A stretch of DNA of 64,000 bases, from positions 82,584,001-82,648,000 of the forward strand of contig OX597826.1 in assembly GCA_951406725.2 (NCBI GenBank). Reading direction: 5' to 3'. Below, one piece after another: positions 43,456 through 57,959 of the stretch. Below the pieces are notes generated by a model. It worked only from the letters and a program-made list of their open reading frames with translations, searched no databases and was not told where the DNA came from. Made by a program: the position numbers and the translations under genes. Source of the DNA: Octopus vulgaris (Eukaryota). Positions within the stretch are counted from its first letter, which is position 1. Each line of letters begins with the position of its first letter.

Positions 43456-43935
43456 ATAAAATAGTGTATTATACACTAAAATAAATTATTTTGTCATGAT
43501 GTTGGCTGCCACACGGCCGTCATCCTTAAGATTTCAACTAATGAAATGAATATATTCATCTCATACTTCCTGACGTTCTTTATATTCTACATACTCATCA
43601 TGAAATAATCCTCGATGATTGGATTTATTGGATTCTAAATGCAAAGGGGACTCTACATCACATTCCTAAGTATTGTGTCACTTTCTGGTTTGTAGCCAGC
43701 CTTGTCTTTTTATTACCACCGGATTATATAAATCCCATATACTATGCATTATCATTATATATATATATACGTATAATAGGGATGACCACAAAGTGGTCGT
43801 TCCTTATTATACACATGTATCACAATTTTTCTGAATTTTCAGATTTTTCTAATTGCTGGGCTATTGGTTTTAAATTGATATTAATTTAATTAATATTCAA
43901 TTTATCACACACACACACACGCACACGCACACGCA

Positions 43936-44003
<68 letters not shown>

Positions 44004-44139
44004 CGCAGATATAGAGACATAGATATGCATGCCTTTATACATGTGTGTGTGTATGATTGCTAGCTAGCTAGCTAAATAACTATATAGATAGATAGATAAA
44101 GACTTATAAAGAATATGGAGACTGTTACGTCAGCAAAAT

Positions 44140-44400
44140 TTACTCCTACATTCTTTCATTATTACAGTTGGTCATAGGGTATAATTATTTATTTACAATG
44201 ACCGACACATGTTTCTGCTGCACAGAATATGTATTGTTGCACATGTAACCTCAGCATAATCTTCTGTGCACACTCATTCAGGGTCCAACAGCAAGTGTGT
44301 TTCGGTCTCCAAATACTCTATGCAGCAGAAACACGTGCTGGTCATTGTAACCGAATGATTAGGCCGAATGACCAACAGTAAAATTAAAAGAAATAATTGC
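44140..44400. repeat. Decayed inverted repeat, probably PLE pLTR-derived
   Basis: ttggtcat..tacaatgaccgacacatgtttctgctgca versus tgcagcagaaacacgtgctggtcattgta..atgaccaa. Retains the GAAA-catgtg-TC half of the motif seen at 42142. Confidence 0.55.
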
Positions 44401-44704
44401 AATGACCTCTCAGTGTCTGTATTCTCTATAATTTTTGGAAATCTAAACTACTCGTGATATACATAATGAAGGGGAGTGAACTCGGAGTTATCTATCCGAG
44501 GAATGCAATCTGAAGATTGCAAATTCTTGGCGATCATTGACACTTAGTATTACTTGATGCCAATAGCCGTAACCTGGAATCTACCTCAGAGCTACCACGG
44601 CACCCACCTCGATAATTTTATAACGATACACTCACATAATATGTGTGTGCGTGAGTTTGTGGGTGTGTCTGTGCGTCTGTGTGTAAATCAAAACACACAA
44701 ACAA

Positions 44705-44864
44705 GCAGGTGTGGCTATGTTGTTAGAAGCTTGCTTCTCAACGACATGGTTTCCGGGTTCAGTCCCACTGCATGGTACCTTGGGCAAAAGTCTTCTACTA
44801 TAGTCTCGGGCCGACAAAGGCCTTGTGAGTGGATTTGGTAGATAGAAACTGAAAGAAGCCCATC

Positions 44865-44940
<76 letters not shown>

Positions 44941-45145
44941 ATATGTATGTATTTGTGTGCCTGTCTGTTCCCGCACCATTGCTTGGCAACCGATGCTGGT
45001 GTGTTTACATTCCCGTACCTTAGCGGTTCGGCAAAAGAAACCGATAAAAGAAATACTTCACTAAATGTCGTGAGGTCGATTTATTCGACTAAAGGCGGGG
45101 CTCCAGCATGACACCAGTCAAATGACTAAAACAAGGAAGAATAAA
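44705..45145 (+). mobile_element. SINE family A with expanded internal microsatellite
   Basis: Homologous end to end with 28003-28395. Confidence 0.88.
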
Positions 45146-45158
45146 GCACACACACACA

Positions 45159-45204
<46 letters not shown>

Positions 45205-47000
45205 GATTTTGTACAGCGTTTTAAGGTTTATCAAAAGCTCTTCTGAAGGAGGTAAATTTACAACAATAGAATGATTTTGTTCCGTATTTAAGATTGTTTA
45301 AAGATAAAAATAAGAAATAACAAATTTCAGTATTGAATAGATTCATGTATAACAACATACACAGATTTCTAAACCAGTGTCTTCTAATACAACAAATTAA
45401 GTACTCTTGATATTATCTCAAAAACAAAAACCCCCCAAAAAGAAAAGAAAAACAATTACCAGAGAAATTACACTTTCAACAGAATTCTTCGAAAAGCTGA
45501 TAGGCTTCCGATTTTCAAAATGACTTCCAAATTTACAAATAGTCACTGCAGTTATTTATCTATATCTACACTAAACTAGTTTCCATCATCTCAACGCTAA
45601 CTGCCGTAATCAGGCGTAAATGAATGCAAGAGACATTTAACCTAATTTAGTTTTCTATTCCATCCACCTCTCTCACCTTCTCAAAGCAATTATTTTTTTT
45701 TATTCTTGCACTACAGATGTGTGTTTCAAAGTAGCCAAAGTTAACAGCGGATTCTTTCTGTTTCAATTAAGTAGATTATAGTCAAATGTATAGACGTAGG
45801 TTTGCGGTAAATATTTTATTGATATCTCCATTAACTGAAAAGTACATCACCTCGACTTTGTCGGCTTTTTGATTTCAGGACCGAAAGAAATGAGGATCTG
45901 GATGACGTAAGAACGTTTTTCGTCGATCTATCTCATCTGCTATTCCACCGCTCATCATGTCTATGCTATAAAACCAGTAAATATTTCGAAACAAAACTCT
46001 TGGAATTATTCGAAATGAACAAGACATCAAACGCATACCTTCAGAGCTGTTTATCCATTACATTTCAAGTGGACATAAACTATGTGCCTTTGTATCATCT
46101 GAAGTTTTAGTATTTTCTGCATTCGTGAGGACGTTGATGGAAATGAGGGCAAGTTGGTCGTTCATTTAGAAAGTAGATTGTGGGTAGCGCACTGAAGGCT
46201 AAGTCGCATTTGAGTTAAAATGGTGTGAATCGGAGTGAGTTGCATTAGAACAGGTTGCCATGCTGTAATCTAACAGGAAGATTCGGGTTAATGAATAAGA
46301 GATGGCTGGAGCCTATTTCAAAAAGATCTGGTTTTTTTTTTATTATTACTTCTAATCAATTAATTACTTTTTCCTGATTAGTCAGTGGGTAGAACATCAT
46401 CGATCTTTAACTATTCAGATTCCTCAAGACTGGTAAGGATGAAGAGATGGAATTATTCAAAACCAGAACGCCTAGATTACGAAAAGCGTAGACCCCCATT
46501 TCATGCACTGAAAGAAAGATGTTGTTATGAAAGTAGATGACGGTTTAAGGTACTCGGTGCAGGTCCTTAATTCTAAAGGTGTTTGACATAGTTTCATGCA
46601 CGAATTTTCATCTCGTTAACGAATGGTTTGTGGCGAGGCAAAAATATTGATTAATTTTAATTTTTGGAGGTTGGCGCTCATATTTGCAAGTTTCAGAAAT
46701 TACGACTTACTCCCAGCTTAAGTCTGTTATTTGCTAATTACGAGCTTGATTTTCGATTAAGTCATTCCAGTTTTAACCATGTCATTTCTATGTTGGTGAA
46801 TAACATAGTTGATTACTAATGATATTGCAAAATTAAAGACGTAAGTATGTGCATCAGCAGATTAATTTTCGCATTGATTGGTTGCAGTTGTAAACACATT
46901 TCCGCAAATTCGAAAGATCCAAAAAGTGCGATGGTTATAATAAAATTTCAATGTTTCAATTAAAATTCATGATATAGAAGAATTTGTTCAATCAGTTATA

Positions 47001-47061
47001 GACATTATTTACATTTGACAGATATTATTATTATTATTCAGGCCACGAGTTCGAAGCAGTG

Positions 47062-47155
<94 letters not shown>

Positions 47156-47340
47156 TAACAACAACAACATTGAAAAATACCATAGGAATGAGAACCCAGG
47201 TTTAAAATTTCCTCAAGACACCTGATGAAGGCTGGAGGGTATATCAGCAGAAACGTTGTGTTGACAACAAACAAGATGAGGACAAATATCTGTCAAATGT
47301 AAATAATGTACATAATTCCTCATCTCTTAAACTTAGAACT
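47001..47340 (+). mobile_element. PLE pLTR fragment with short inverted arm, (TAA)n tract and HHR
   Basis: acattatttacatttgacagatatt (47002-47026) is the exact reverse complement of 47285-47309; (TAA)n at about 47062-47156. Confidence 0.7.
47217..47262 (+). ncRNA. Minimal type-I hammerhead motif
   Basis: gacac-CTGATGA-A-GGCTG-gagggtatat-CAGCA-GAAA-cg-TT-gtgtt; palindromic AACGTT stem III; one mismatch at the base of stem II. Confidence 0.7.
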
Positions 47341-47942
47341 GCATCAGTTATATCTCTTTGATATTTACTATACGGTAGTTTATCGCTTGGTATTTATTTG
47401 TATACTGCATGTGTGAATATAAAGAAGATTATAACAAAGCAATACAATCGTTCAAGTTTTTTCTACATTAGTCGTGGCCTTCGTGGTTTCTGCCTTAAAA
47501 AGATTATATCGATTGTCACAATACAGCCTAAATGACTGTATAAACCCTGAATGTTATTTATATTACAAGTATGAATATTCGGACCTATTTAACTCAAATT
47601 TAGAGAGCGTAATTTCTGTATTTTTAACGACAAGATTTTGCCAACATTACGATTGTTATTATATGATTTATCTCATCAGGTAATACACGTGGTCCCAGAT
47701 TAGGATAGGGTCATCCTGAACACAACTAATTTCATTGAATCTACGAATCATTTTCGAATTGATGCTCACGTAATTCTTCCCTAATTCCTCGAAGTCTTCG
47801 ATTTCACACAGGAAACAAAACAATTTATGCAAAAATATTGGAAATATACATATGACGAAACTAATTATAATCAAATCGTCAAGAATTAATCTCCACCATG
47901 GAGACATTATTCAACTAATGTCCATATATTTTGAGACAAACT

Positions 47943-48160
47943 AAGGTGGCGATCTGGCAGAATCGTTAGTCCTCCAGATAAAATGCTTAGCGGCATTTTG
48001 TCCGTTCTTACGTTCTAAATTCAAATTCCGCTATGGGCGATTTTGCCTTTCATCATTTCCAGAGTCGATGAAATAAGTAGCAGTTGATCACTGGGGTCGA
48101 TGTATTCGACTTGACCCTTTCCACGAAATTGCTGGCCTTGTGTCAAATTTTGAAACCAAT
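47943..48160 (+). mobile_element. SINE family B
   Basis: aaggtggcgatctggcagaatcgttag...ttcaaattccg...ctggggtcgatgtattcgac...ttgaaacc. Confidence 0.8.
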
Positions 48161-49101
48161 ATCTGTTGTGACAAAGTTGCAAATAAGAAGTTCACTAAAT
48201 GTCTGCGACGGCGACATCACGTCTAAACACACACAATTACGACCTTGTTTCGGCTATTTACTGTGGTCAGAAAAACAGTGTAAGAAGTTGATCATTATTT
48301 AATCATTACGGCTATACAGTATAACCTACTGCTTGTACTAAATTTGTATTACATTCGCTACATGAATAATCAGTTTTTCTAACGGAAACTATAGGGTATT
48401 GGTGGGTGGGAAAAACATAATTATCTCATATTTTGATATTAATACATGAATATGTCTCCTACAAAATGCATCAATACTGTTGATATTAGCTAAGAAAATA
48501 GCAAGCATCAAATCACGAGAAATGGTTCGTGAAAAGTGCAATCGAATTATTTCTTTTTAAATATTTAACATTTTAGAAAATCCATAGAAATGGTTGAAAA
48601 ACCCTGGACATTTTTTTTCGGTTTTAAATTTTGTTATAAAGAAAGATGATTACTAGAACAAAGTAAGAAATAGAGTTCTTTATTGTTTCTAAATGTTTGA
48701 CGTTAAAACAGATTTTCGACGACCCAGGCGACGTGCGCCGGCAACGTTTTATTGTATTTTATTTAGTCTTCAGTGTGTCAGGAAGTCAAAATTATTGCAA
48801 ACTGCTGCAGTAAAATCTCGTTGAACCGATTTAATGACCTTATTTTGTTGCCCAACTTTAGATAACATCACGAATGCTGTAAAAAAATTTCATTCCCGAA
48901 ATATGCAATATGAAATGCTATCTATAAATCTGAAGCATACTGTTTGAAAAAAATAACACAAATACAGCCAAAGCACTTTTGTACATTCTGACAACTACAC
49001 AGAAAAATCCTGAATGAAACATCATGGTATTCAGCCCATCATTTGCTTTAAATTATGTTGGATATTACGAATTGAACGGATTCAAGTCAGAATTATACTA
49101 C

Positions 49102-49142
49102 TCCAGACTGATGACGAGCAAGACTCAGAAACTAGTCCCGGA
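49102..49142 (+). ncRNA. Minimal hammerhead-like motif, slightly decayed
   Basis: tccaga-CTGATGA-c-GAG-caaga-CTC-a-GAAA-ctag-TC-ccgga; palindromic ACTAGT stem III; imperfect stem I. Confidence 0.55.
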
Positions 49143-49357
49143 TGCAGGCTTAGCTGGATGGGGGTGCTTGTCTCCCCCTTGTAACCATAAGGACACAGGA
49201 AATGTGTCAAGGCCGACAGGAAGCGCTGGTACTTCCTAGGGCTAAATAGCGGTGGTGTGATTCCCTTTATGGGACTGTCACGTTAAGCTGACAGTATGCA
49301 ACAGTTCTATAGTACCACCACTGCTTTTATGTCTCTGAGATATTTAGAAATGTAATA

Positions 49358-49360
<3 letters not shown>

Positions 49361-49403
<43 letters not shown>

Positions 49404-49417
49404 TTTATTTATATGTA

Positions 49418-49473
<56 letters not shown>

Positions 49474-49517
49474 TTTATTTATATGTATGTGTGTGTATAT
49501 ATATATATATACATATG

Positions 49518-49584
<67 letters not shown>

Positions 49585-49585
49585 G

Positions 49586-49647
<62 letters not shown>

Positions 49648-49653
49648 CATATG

Positions 49654-49696
<43 letters not shown>

Positions 49697-49731
49697 TTAT
49701 ATGTATGTGTGTCTATATATATATATACATA

Positions 49732-49772
<41 letters not shown>

Positions 49773-49811
49773 ATATATATACATATGTATGTATATATAT
49801 ATATATATATG

Positions 49812-49871
<60 letters not shown>

Positions 49872-49933
49872 TTTATTTATATGTATGTGTGTGTGTGTGT
49901 ATATATATATATACATATATTTATTTATATGTA

Positions 49934-49966
<33 letters not shown>

Positions 49967-50004
49967 TTATTTATATGTATGTGTGTGTTATATATATGTA
50001 TATT

Positions 50005-50076
<72 letters not shown>

Positions 50077-50121
50077 ATATGTATATATATATATACACAC
50101 ACACACATACATATAAATAAA

Positions 50122-50190
<69 letters not shown>

Positions 50191-50191
50191 G

Positions 50192-50237
<46 letters not shown>

Positions 50238-50265
50238 CACACACATACATATAAATAAATATATA

Positions 50266-50330
<65 letters not shown>
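49361..50330. repeat. About 1-kb (TA)n-based array with higher-order units
   Basis: Recurrent marker atatttatttatatgtatgtgtgtg, then its reverse complement after about 50080. Confidence 0.9.
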
Positions 50331-50359
50331 AGGTGTATACTTACAATCACTCACTGCTC

Positions 50360-51040
50360 TTGTAAGGAGAAAAACAAGAGCGAGAAATAAGTAGTGACAT
50401 TACTACAGAGTAAAGTTTGTTTGACAACGTAAAGTAGGAGTCCTGGTAGTTACTACCATTTTAGCCCCAGGAAAACAAATTTTCCAACTGGCTATCGACA
50501 CACAACAGCGTCCTTATAACTCAAACTAGGGAGCTGATGTTCCCAATCATCCTAAATGCTACCTGCAGACCAATTGTTTCAGGGTTACTTTTCTTCACCG
50601 GGACTTCTTTTCCTTGGGATAAATAAAGGTAGTAACACCGTCCTAATCAGGACTGCCACTTTACGTTGGCAAATAGATTTTACACTGTATTTCTGTTACT
50701 ACTTATTTGTCGCTCAGAGATTTAAAACTAATTGTTTTTTCTCCTTACGAGATCAGTGACTGCGTATAACTTTAAAAGTGTATACCTCAAACAAGGCCTA
50801 GTGCTGTCACCTCTAGTCAACGGTTATCCTGTGCCGATGAAGAGAAATAACCCAGAAACCATTGGTCCGCAGGTACCGTTTAAGGCTGAGTGGGGACATT
50901 AGCTCCTAGTTTGAATTATAAGGACGCAGTCCTCAATGGGACTTCCACTTTATGTTGACAAATAGATTTTACTCTGTATTTCTGTTACTACTTATTTCTC
51001 GCTCAAAGATTTAAAACTAATTGTTTATTTCTCCTTAATA
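50360..51040. mobile_element. PLE pseudo-LTR cluster (one inverted plus two tandem partial copies) with HHRs
   Basis: 50650-50748 and 50938-51037 are direct copies; 50360-50602 is the inverted copy. HHR on + at 50828-50873 and on - at 50562-50602. Confidence 0.75.
50828..50873 (+). ncRNA. Type-I hammerhead-like motif (CCGAUGA core)
   Basis: cctgtg-CCGATGA-agagaaataaccca-GAAA-ccattgg-TC-cgcagg: 6-bp stem I, GUC triplet, weak stem II. Confidence 0.65.
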
Positions 51041-51677
51041 CATATATGAAAAATCATAAAAAACTTTTATATATACACACCATCATAGACATAAAGTCAT
51101 ATATATATTTTATATATATTTATAAATATAGGTGTTTGTGCGTGCGTTTGTATGTGTGTGTTATTTGCACATACATTGTTACATAAATGATGCACACTAC
51201 GACATACAGTAATAAACGCAGCAGTAGGTAGAGTCTTGCAATGCGACACCTGTGTTCCTTCACCTGTGTTCCTTCACCTGTGTTCCTTCACCTGCAACTA
51301 GTTATTCTGTTCGCAATCATATACATGATTGAATAGTTAACAGATGAGCTGATTCCTTCAGAACCGTAATTTAAAAAATTAAATAAAATAATGATATAAG
51401 AATAAATCAGCCGTGGATGGTTGGACAAATTCTTATTAACGTTCACTCGCTGCTGACGGGAAAGAGCTTAATTGCCTTCACATGCAGATAGACATTAACA
51501 GCCGCAGATAACATTTACATGCATACATATAAACATTCATAAAGATATATATATATATATATATGCATATATATGCATAGGCAAAGATATACAAAGTAAT
51601 TCTATATATCTGTGTGTGCGTGTTTGGGTATTTATGTATGTATATATGTATATGCATATATGTATATGTGTATATAC

Positions 51678-51761
<84 letters not shown>

Positions 51762-52068
51762 ATATATGTATATACACATATACATGTACACATAAACACA
51801 TTTTCATTCTCATGAAACTACTTGTAAGAAGGTATCTGAATTACCTTGGATCAAACTGCCGCTTTGTTACTCAGCTGGGAAATTGAAAACTTTCCCCACC
51901 GAATAGGATGGGGAGTCCTTCATCCATGCTTAACCAGATATCATCTCAACAGGAAACTTATGTAGTTCATTGTTACATAAGACAATTTATACATAATGGT
52001 AATATTTCCAAAAATGTGAACTTTATTTTGCTGAGGAAATCAACAAATATTATATACCTATATCCATC

Positions 52069-52139
<71 letters not shown>

Positions 52140-52146
52140 ATTCATG

Positions 52147-52185
<39 letters not shown>

Positions 52186-52640
52186 GTATACATGTATATG
52201 TATGTATGTATGTATGTATATATATGGAGAAAGAGAGAGATATACATACATACACAATACTTCCCGCACACGGCCGCGCAATATGGCCGTATCTTGAGAT
52301 ATTCGTAACGCTAATATCAACAACGCATGCACTGGTTCAATTCCACTTCTCTGTTAATTGACGATTGGTTCCATAGACAGCCATCGAACTTATTCGATCG
52401 CACGTTTAACTTGTTGGTTAAACGGTCAATCGTTTCTTTCCTTTTCTTTTCTTCTGTCCATCAGAGTTCTTTCACTGCCAGTCGCAACCTTTTCAGTGAC
52501 CAGCACTGAAGGCTGCTGGTCGCCCGTCTGAGATCTGCTCTTATGTCTGTGTGCATGGATGCTTGTGTGTTCGCTCTTATTGGTTTACTGTAACATATAT
52601 ATCAATAGTTGGAGACCAAAATATATATATGTGTGTATGT

Positions 52641-52678
<38 letters not shown>

Positions 52679-53559
52679 GTACATGTTGTTTACAAGATGG
52701 ATGTAAGGATGGTAAAAAACGAAAGGTTTGTGTAAGTGTATGTACGTGCGTGTGTGTGTGTGTGTGTGTGAGTGTGTGTGTGCGTGTGTGTGTACCTTCA
52801 TTTGATTGCGTCTATGTGTGTGTGTCAGTGATCATTTGTGGGTGTGCATATGCATTTGTTGTCCGAGGCCTATTTCAGGGTTAACTCCTCTCTCTTTAAA
52901 TTTTGTCTTACGTTGGTTGTAGATTCATGGATTTACGTATGTCTCTGTGTGTCTGTGCATGTTTGTGTGTGTATGTGTGTTTCGGTGTATGTTTATGGTT
53001 AAACGTTTTTGTGTCGCTGTATGTGTGCATATATCTGAGCGCGTGTGCGTGCGTGGGGTGTGTATGTCTGTGCATGTATGTGCGTGTGTGTGTGTTTACG
53101 TATGTCTACTTATGTGCGTACGTCCGTATGAGTAGTGTGTGTGAGTGTATGTAGGTGTGTGTGTTCCTGTATGTGTGTGATTGTGTGTTCCTGTGTGTGT
53201 GTGTGCATTTCTCTCCGTATGTGCAAACGCGGGTGTGTATCGACGTATCTATTTTTATGGACCTGTCTGCGTTCTGTTGCTATTTTAATCCCATCTTCTA
53301 CCTGTCTGTCTGTGCCAACTGATACACGTCTACCTACCTCCATATTTACCTGCCTACTTACCCACCTACCCACCTCTTTATCTTTCTACCACACCAACTC
53401 CCCAACTAAGCGGACTTTCTCTCTGCCTGCCCAACCACCTCCCTAACTCGCTCTTTGCCCATATTCCCATCTATACACTCTGACACATCCCCTTCTGCAT
53501 GATGCATCCATGGTAATAGCACTGTTGACGTACCTCTGCCTACATATAACCAATGTATT

Positions 53560-54400
53560 ATGTATATTTCCCATTCAGTAATGGTAATGCCTCGCTTATG
53601 AAGACATCTTCATGGATTTGTCTAATTGGAGGGTCATTTAGGTGCTTCGACAAAATACGTATCACAATTTGTCTCGGCGGTCCGCCATGTTAATCTCTAG
53701 TCTGGTGATAGAGTATGGAACACAGTTTCTCGCCATTATACTCCCATCAGTGTCCCCTTTGCCTCTCCGCTAAACATTTAGAGGTCTCCCCAACGTATAC
53801 TGTGTTCCTGTCGTTGCAAAGATCCTCCATGCTCTTTATGCTGTAAACTACTTTCCTTGTCTTATAGTTAATACAGGGGTTAAAAGTACATATTACACAG
53901 TTTCTATCAGTGCATTTCGTATTGCTGCAGTTATATGTCCTGCAGAAACGTGATCTGTGGATCTAACTGGATTCTCAGCAATCTCAAAGTGGCGTTTGGT
54001 GTCCTTCAGAACCTGCCTAAATGAATAAGCTACTTCCGCGTGTGGTGTGGCCTCTACAAACAACACTCCTTGTTATTTATCAGCCATGTCCCTTGTGTTT
54101 GCTTCGTTAGCTTCATCACAAATCTTCCGTAACACCGACAGTTGCTCTTTGACACAACAGATGCAGTTTCGTATCGAATTTGATCGAATTTGATTAAGTG
54201 GTTCTTCAGAGTGGTTTTTACGGTAGCATCTATTTATGGACTTTCTGACTCAATGGCTGTTCTCTGTATCTCGGATGGATCCATCCACTTCAGAGTTTTG
54301 TGGTGCCCTTCTTCGCTGCCGATGTGAGGATGGAGGTTAGTCTTCTCCATTCGGATCTGGTGGGAAAGAATCTGCTTAGGTCTTGATCGTCAAGGGAGAT
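53560..54400 (-). mobile_element. Decayed Nematis-like PLE (linker + GIY-YIG), missed by the ORF track
   Basis: Manual translation: GVLFVEATP (~54045-54071); KCTDRNCVICTFNPCINYKTRKVVYSIK..VYVGETSKCLAERQRGH*..HGG..ILSKHLNDPPIRQIHEDVFI..PLLNGK. Confidence 0.85.
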
Positions 54401-55526
54401 GATGTCATAACAGAGTTTTAGGAGGAGGATCTCGTGTTAATCCCCACTGAACTCTACTTTGCTCTCGCAGATTATCGCGTTACATTTCTCTACAGTAAAA
54501 TCTACATCAATAGATGGATAGTGATACAACAACCATACTGCCCCTTACACAACCTGTGAGATCGCTGGAGTGGAGACACCCAGATACATAAATACATAAT
54601 GCAATTAATTTAAAATCATTTACGCGCACATACAATCTAATCACCGAACCAAAAACATCAACATATACAAGTTATTAAATGATATGAATTATTGAATAAT
54701 TAATAAAAATCACTATTCGCTACCGCAAAATTACCGAGTTTCCTCACTCCTTTGCTTATTATTTAAAAATGTTCTGATGATTGTCCTTCTATTTACAATT
54801 TATTTTTATTCGAAAGTATTGAATGGGACATTGAAATTCCTTTGCCTTCTGCCAGTTTCATTACATTGCCCTAGTTGCTGCCTTTCATGCTCTCACAAAT
54901 GTTACCATACTCAATGGCAGCTTGAAATCAATGTTTTAATTTCTGATTTCCCTTGTAATCGTTAAACACAGTGGAGTGTCCCCTCTTAGGAATTTTCAAA
55001 GATTGCTAACGGCTATAATAACTTTCTTAAACCATTTACTACTCTGGAGTCTGCGAATTACTTAACGCTTGCCTGTTCAATATTCAATGAGATATATTTG
55101 ATGTGAGACTTACTGTTTAACGGGCAAATATTAGCATTCCTACAGCTCCACATTTTAGATATAACATTAAGAACTGTAATTCAATTTTCATTACATAGCT
55201 CTTTATTCATAGTTAGTCACCTAATGGGTTTTGGTTATATATCTCCGTAAATATTTCATATACGTACTATCTACCAAACATAAGGATATGTTTATATTGT
55301 CTGTGTGTGTGTATTTGTGTGTGTGCGTGACATAATATATCTAAATACATTCTTGGAAGGAAAAAACGTTTCATGCTAGGATAATCATGAAACTATAAGA
55401 TATAGTATTGTCTTTCATCTCTGGGTGTAAAGTTCTTGGCAGCGGAAACAGCTCCGAGCCAATGAGTACGATTATGTACCTCCTTTTCATTTGTCATTTG
55501 CTCATTCAGGTAATTTATGTTTGTTA

Positions 55527-55575
<49 letters not shown>

Positions 55576-55782
55576 GTTGAAATTTACAGAAAAACAAAAG
55601 CCAAAGCCAGGTGTATGAACAACAAGCAGGTGTATTAATTTGAGGCTCTGGACGGTGAGAACCTTTTACGTACCGAGCCTACGCTTTCCAACAGAAATGA
55701 GTAAGAGAAAATAAACAGAGAGAATTTAAAAAACAAACTTGTGGATTTAGTGACTAAGCATGGCGATATATATATATATATA

Positions 55783-55847
<65 letters not shown>

Positions 55848-56362
55848 TGTGTATGTGTATATATATATATACATGAGTGTGTGTGCGCGTGCGTGTTTGT
55901 CAGTGCGCTCGCCCTTTTGATTGGAGCGTTGCCCTTACGAATGTGAGATCGTAGTATGTATAAACAACCCAGTCTGAAATATATGAAATACTTATTTTCC
56001 CATCAAAACAGTAAGGTGTAAACAATAATTTTAATATATATATATATAATTCACTTCTGTTTGGTTGTGATGGCGGCAGGGAAGGTGAAATATTTCAAGA
56101 ATAGAAGACCACACCTTGAGATATCGATATATTCCTGTTATGTACACTAAGAATTCCTGGTTATAACATTCGTAAAGCCAAAACTGCAGTGTAAGCTTTC
56201 CTATAATAAGCACATTTTTCTTGATGTGTAAACCACAGGGTTGTCGCTAAACAGCAAACCCCTTCGGTCGCAGTGGGCCTCCGCGGTTGAGGTGCCCCAT
56301 CTTAAGATAAACATACTAGATAAGTCATCTTTTTACTTTAAGATGTTGAACGGGAATTAAAC

Positions 56363-56765
56363 TATTGGGTTGTCCGGAAAGTTCATGCCGATTTATAGTA
56401 GCTTACCTTCCGACTTTTTCCGTAAGGGCAAAAATGCCTCACAAGCAACCAAAGAAATATGTGCAGTTTGCGGTGAATTTCTTTATCCGAAAGAACTGTA
56501 CGGAAGTGGTTCGCAAGGTTCCGAGCTGGACATTGTCGCCCAATGTCAGTTATGAACAACGAATTCTCTTGCGAAATAATTCTACACGTGACATAATTTA
56601 TCATAATTTCTGGCAGAACTTCTATAGGTTGTCCTTTTGTAACGGCACGGTTTATTTTGCGACAATTCTGAAATTGTTCTGCTGTTATATCTGGCAGCTC
56701 GTCAGACCACGTCAGACCACGTACCGCTTTTCTTCTTCATTTTATTACGATACGAAATTCATGGT
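56363..56765. mobile_element. Two mariner 5' remnants in opposite orientation
   Basis: Plus strand: TIR-like tattgggttgtccggaaagttcatgccgattt and FRKGKNASQATKEICAVCGE. Minus strand: HEFRIVIK and GQPIEV..INYV..II (weaker). Confidence 0.7.
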
Positions 56766-57813
56766 TAATTAAACTGAGACAACACCGTAAGTTGCGACGA
56801 TGCAAACACAATGCTAACGAGTGAAATGAAGCGTCGATGCAAATTCCCGTCGAAGAGTCACTACAGAAAAGGAACTTCATCATGATCGTTCTACTTTCTA
56901 CCAATCAAAATCTACTTTTTTTACAAAATGCTATAGAAAATAATTTGGACTAAACCAGAGAGATTCATGTTACCTACAAAGACGAGCAAGTCAAAACAAA
57001 CTTTTGTCTCGCTACGCGAATACCATTAATAGTTATACATTCGACAAGATTCTTCACAGCTTCCATTTGCCAAATTCTATTCACATGGAATTGTTCCACG
57101 AAATGTTATAGTAAAAACGATTTATGTACGACGTAAGTTAATCGAAGACGGACCAAGCACGTTGAACACAATCTCATCAGTTCCCTTCGAATATAGGCAT
57201 GTGTGCTCCTTTGAGGGCGGCCAGGGGTTAAATTGCAAGCAGTACAAATGATATTGATATCAAGTTAAAGATTAATCGATGATCTGCGCTAAGATTAATA
57301 TTTCAATGAAGCTAATATGTTTTTTGATTAGCTTCTACTTGGAAGCAAATAGCAATACTGTCAAGAAATTATGTTTTACTTCCTGGCGTTGACAACATAT
57401 TTCCCAAAAGAATTTTGGTGTGTTTATATCTTTTACAGAATTAAATTAAATCGTGATTAATAGTAAGATAAACATTGTCCATTACCTCCCAACGCTGCTG
57501 CTTCCTTTAGCATCATGAGTTTGGTACTATTTCGGCCCTAATGGAAATCTCACCATACAATATATAGTGAGGTGATGCAGTAAAATAGCTAAGATAGAGA
57601 GGAACAGTGGGAGGTGAGGTATGTGGAGACGCGAGTTGTGCGGAGGGGGGGAAGAGAAAGTAAGAAATGAAGGTCAGAGATGAAAGAGGCAAATATCAAG
57701 GGATGTTAAGATATAGAACGAGAGAGGCAGTGGTTAGAAGAAATTGAGGGAATGTGAAATTGATGCTAAAGTATACATTCAGACAAAGAAGGATAGAAGG
57801 GAGAATGAGGGCA

Positions 57814-57847
<34 letters not shown>

Positions 57848-57959
57848 ATACATGCATATATGTGTACAGGACATCATCGACGGCGCAAAACATGAAATAC
57901 GTAAACAACGAGAACAAACATGGAAAACAGGACAATATATAAGATGGACTCTCCCGTTG

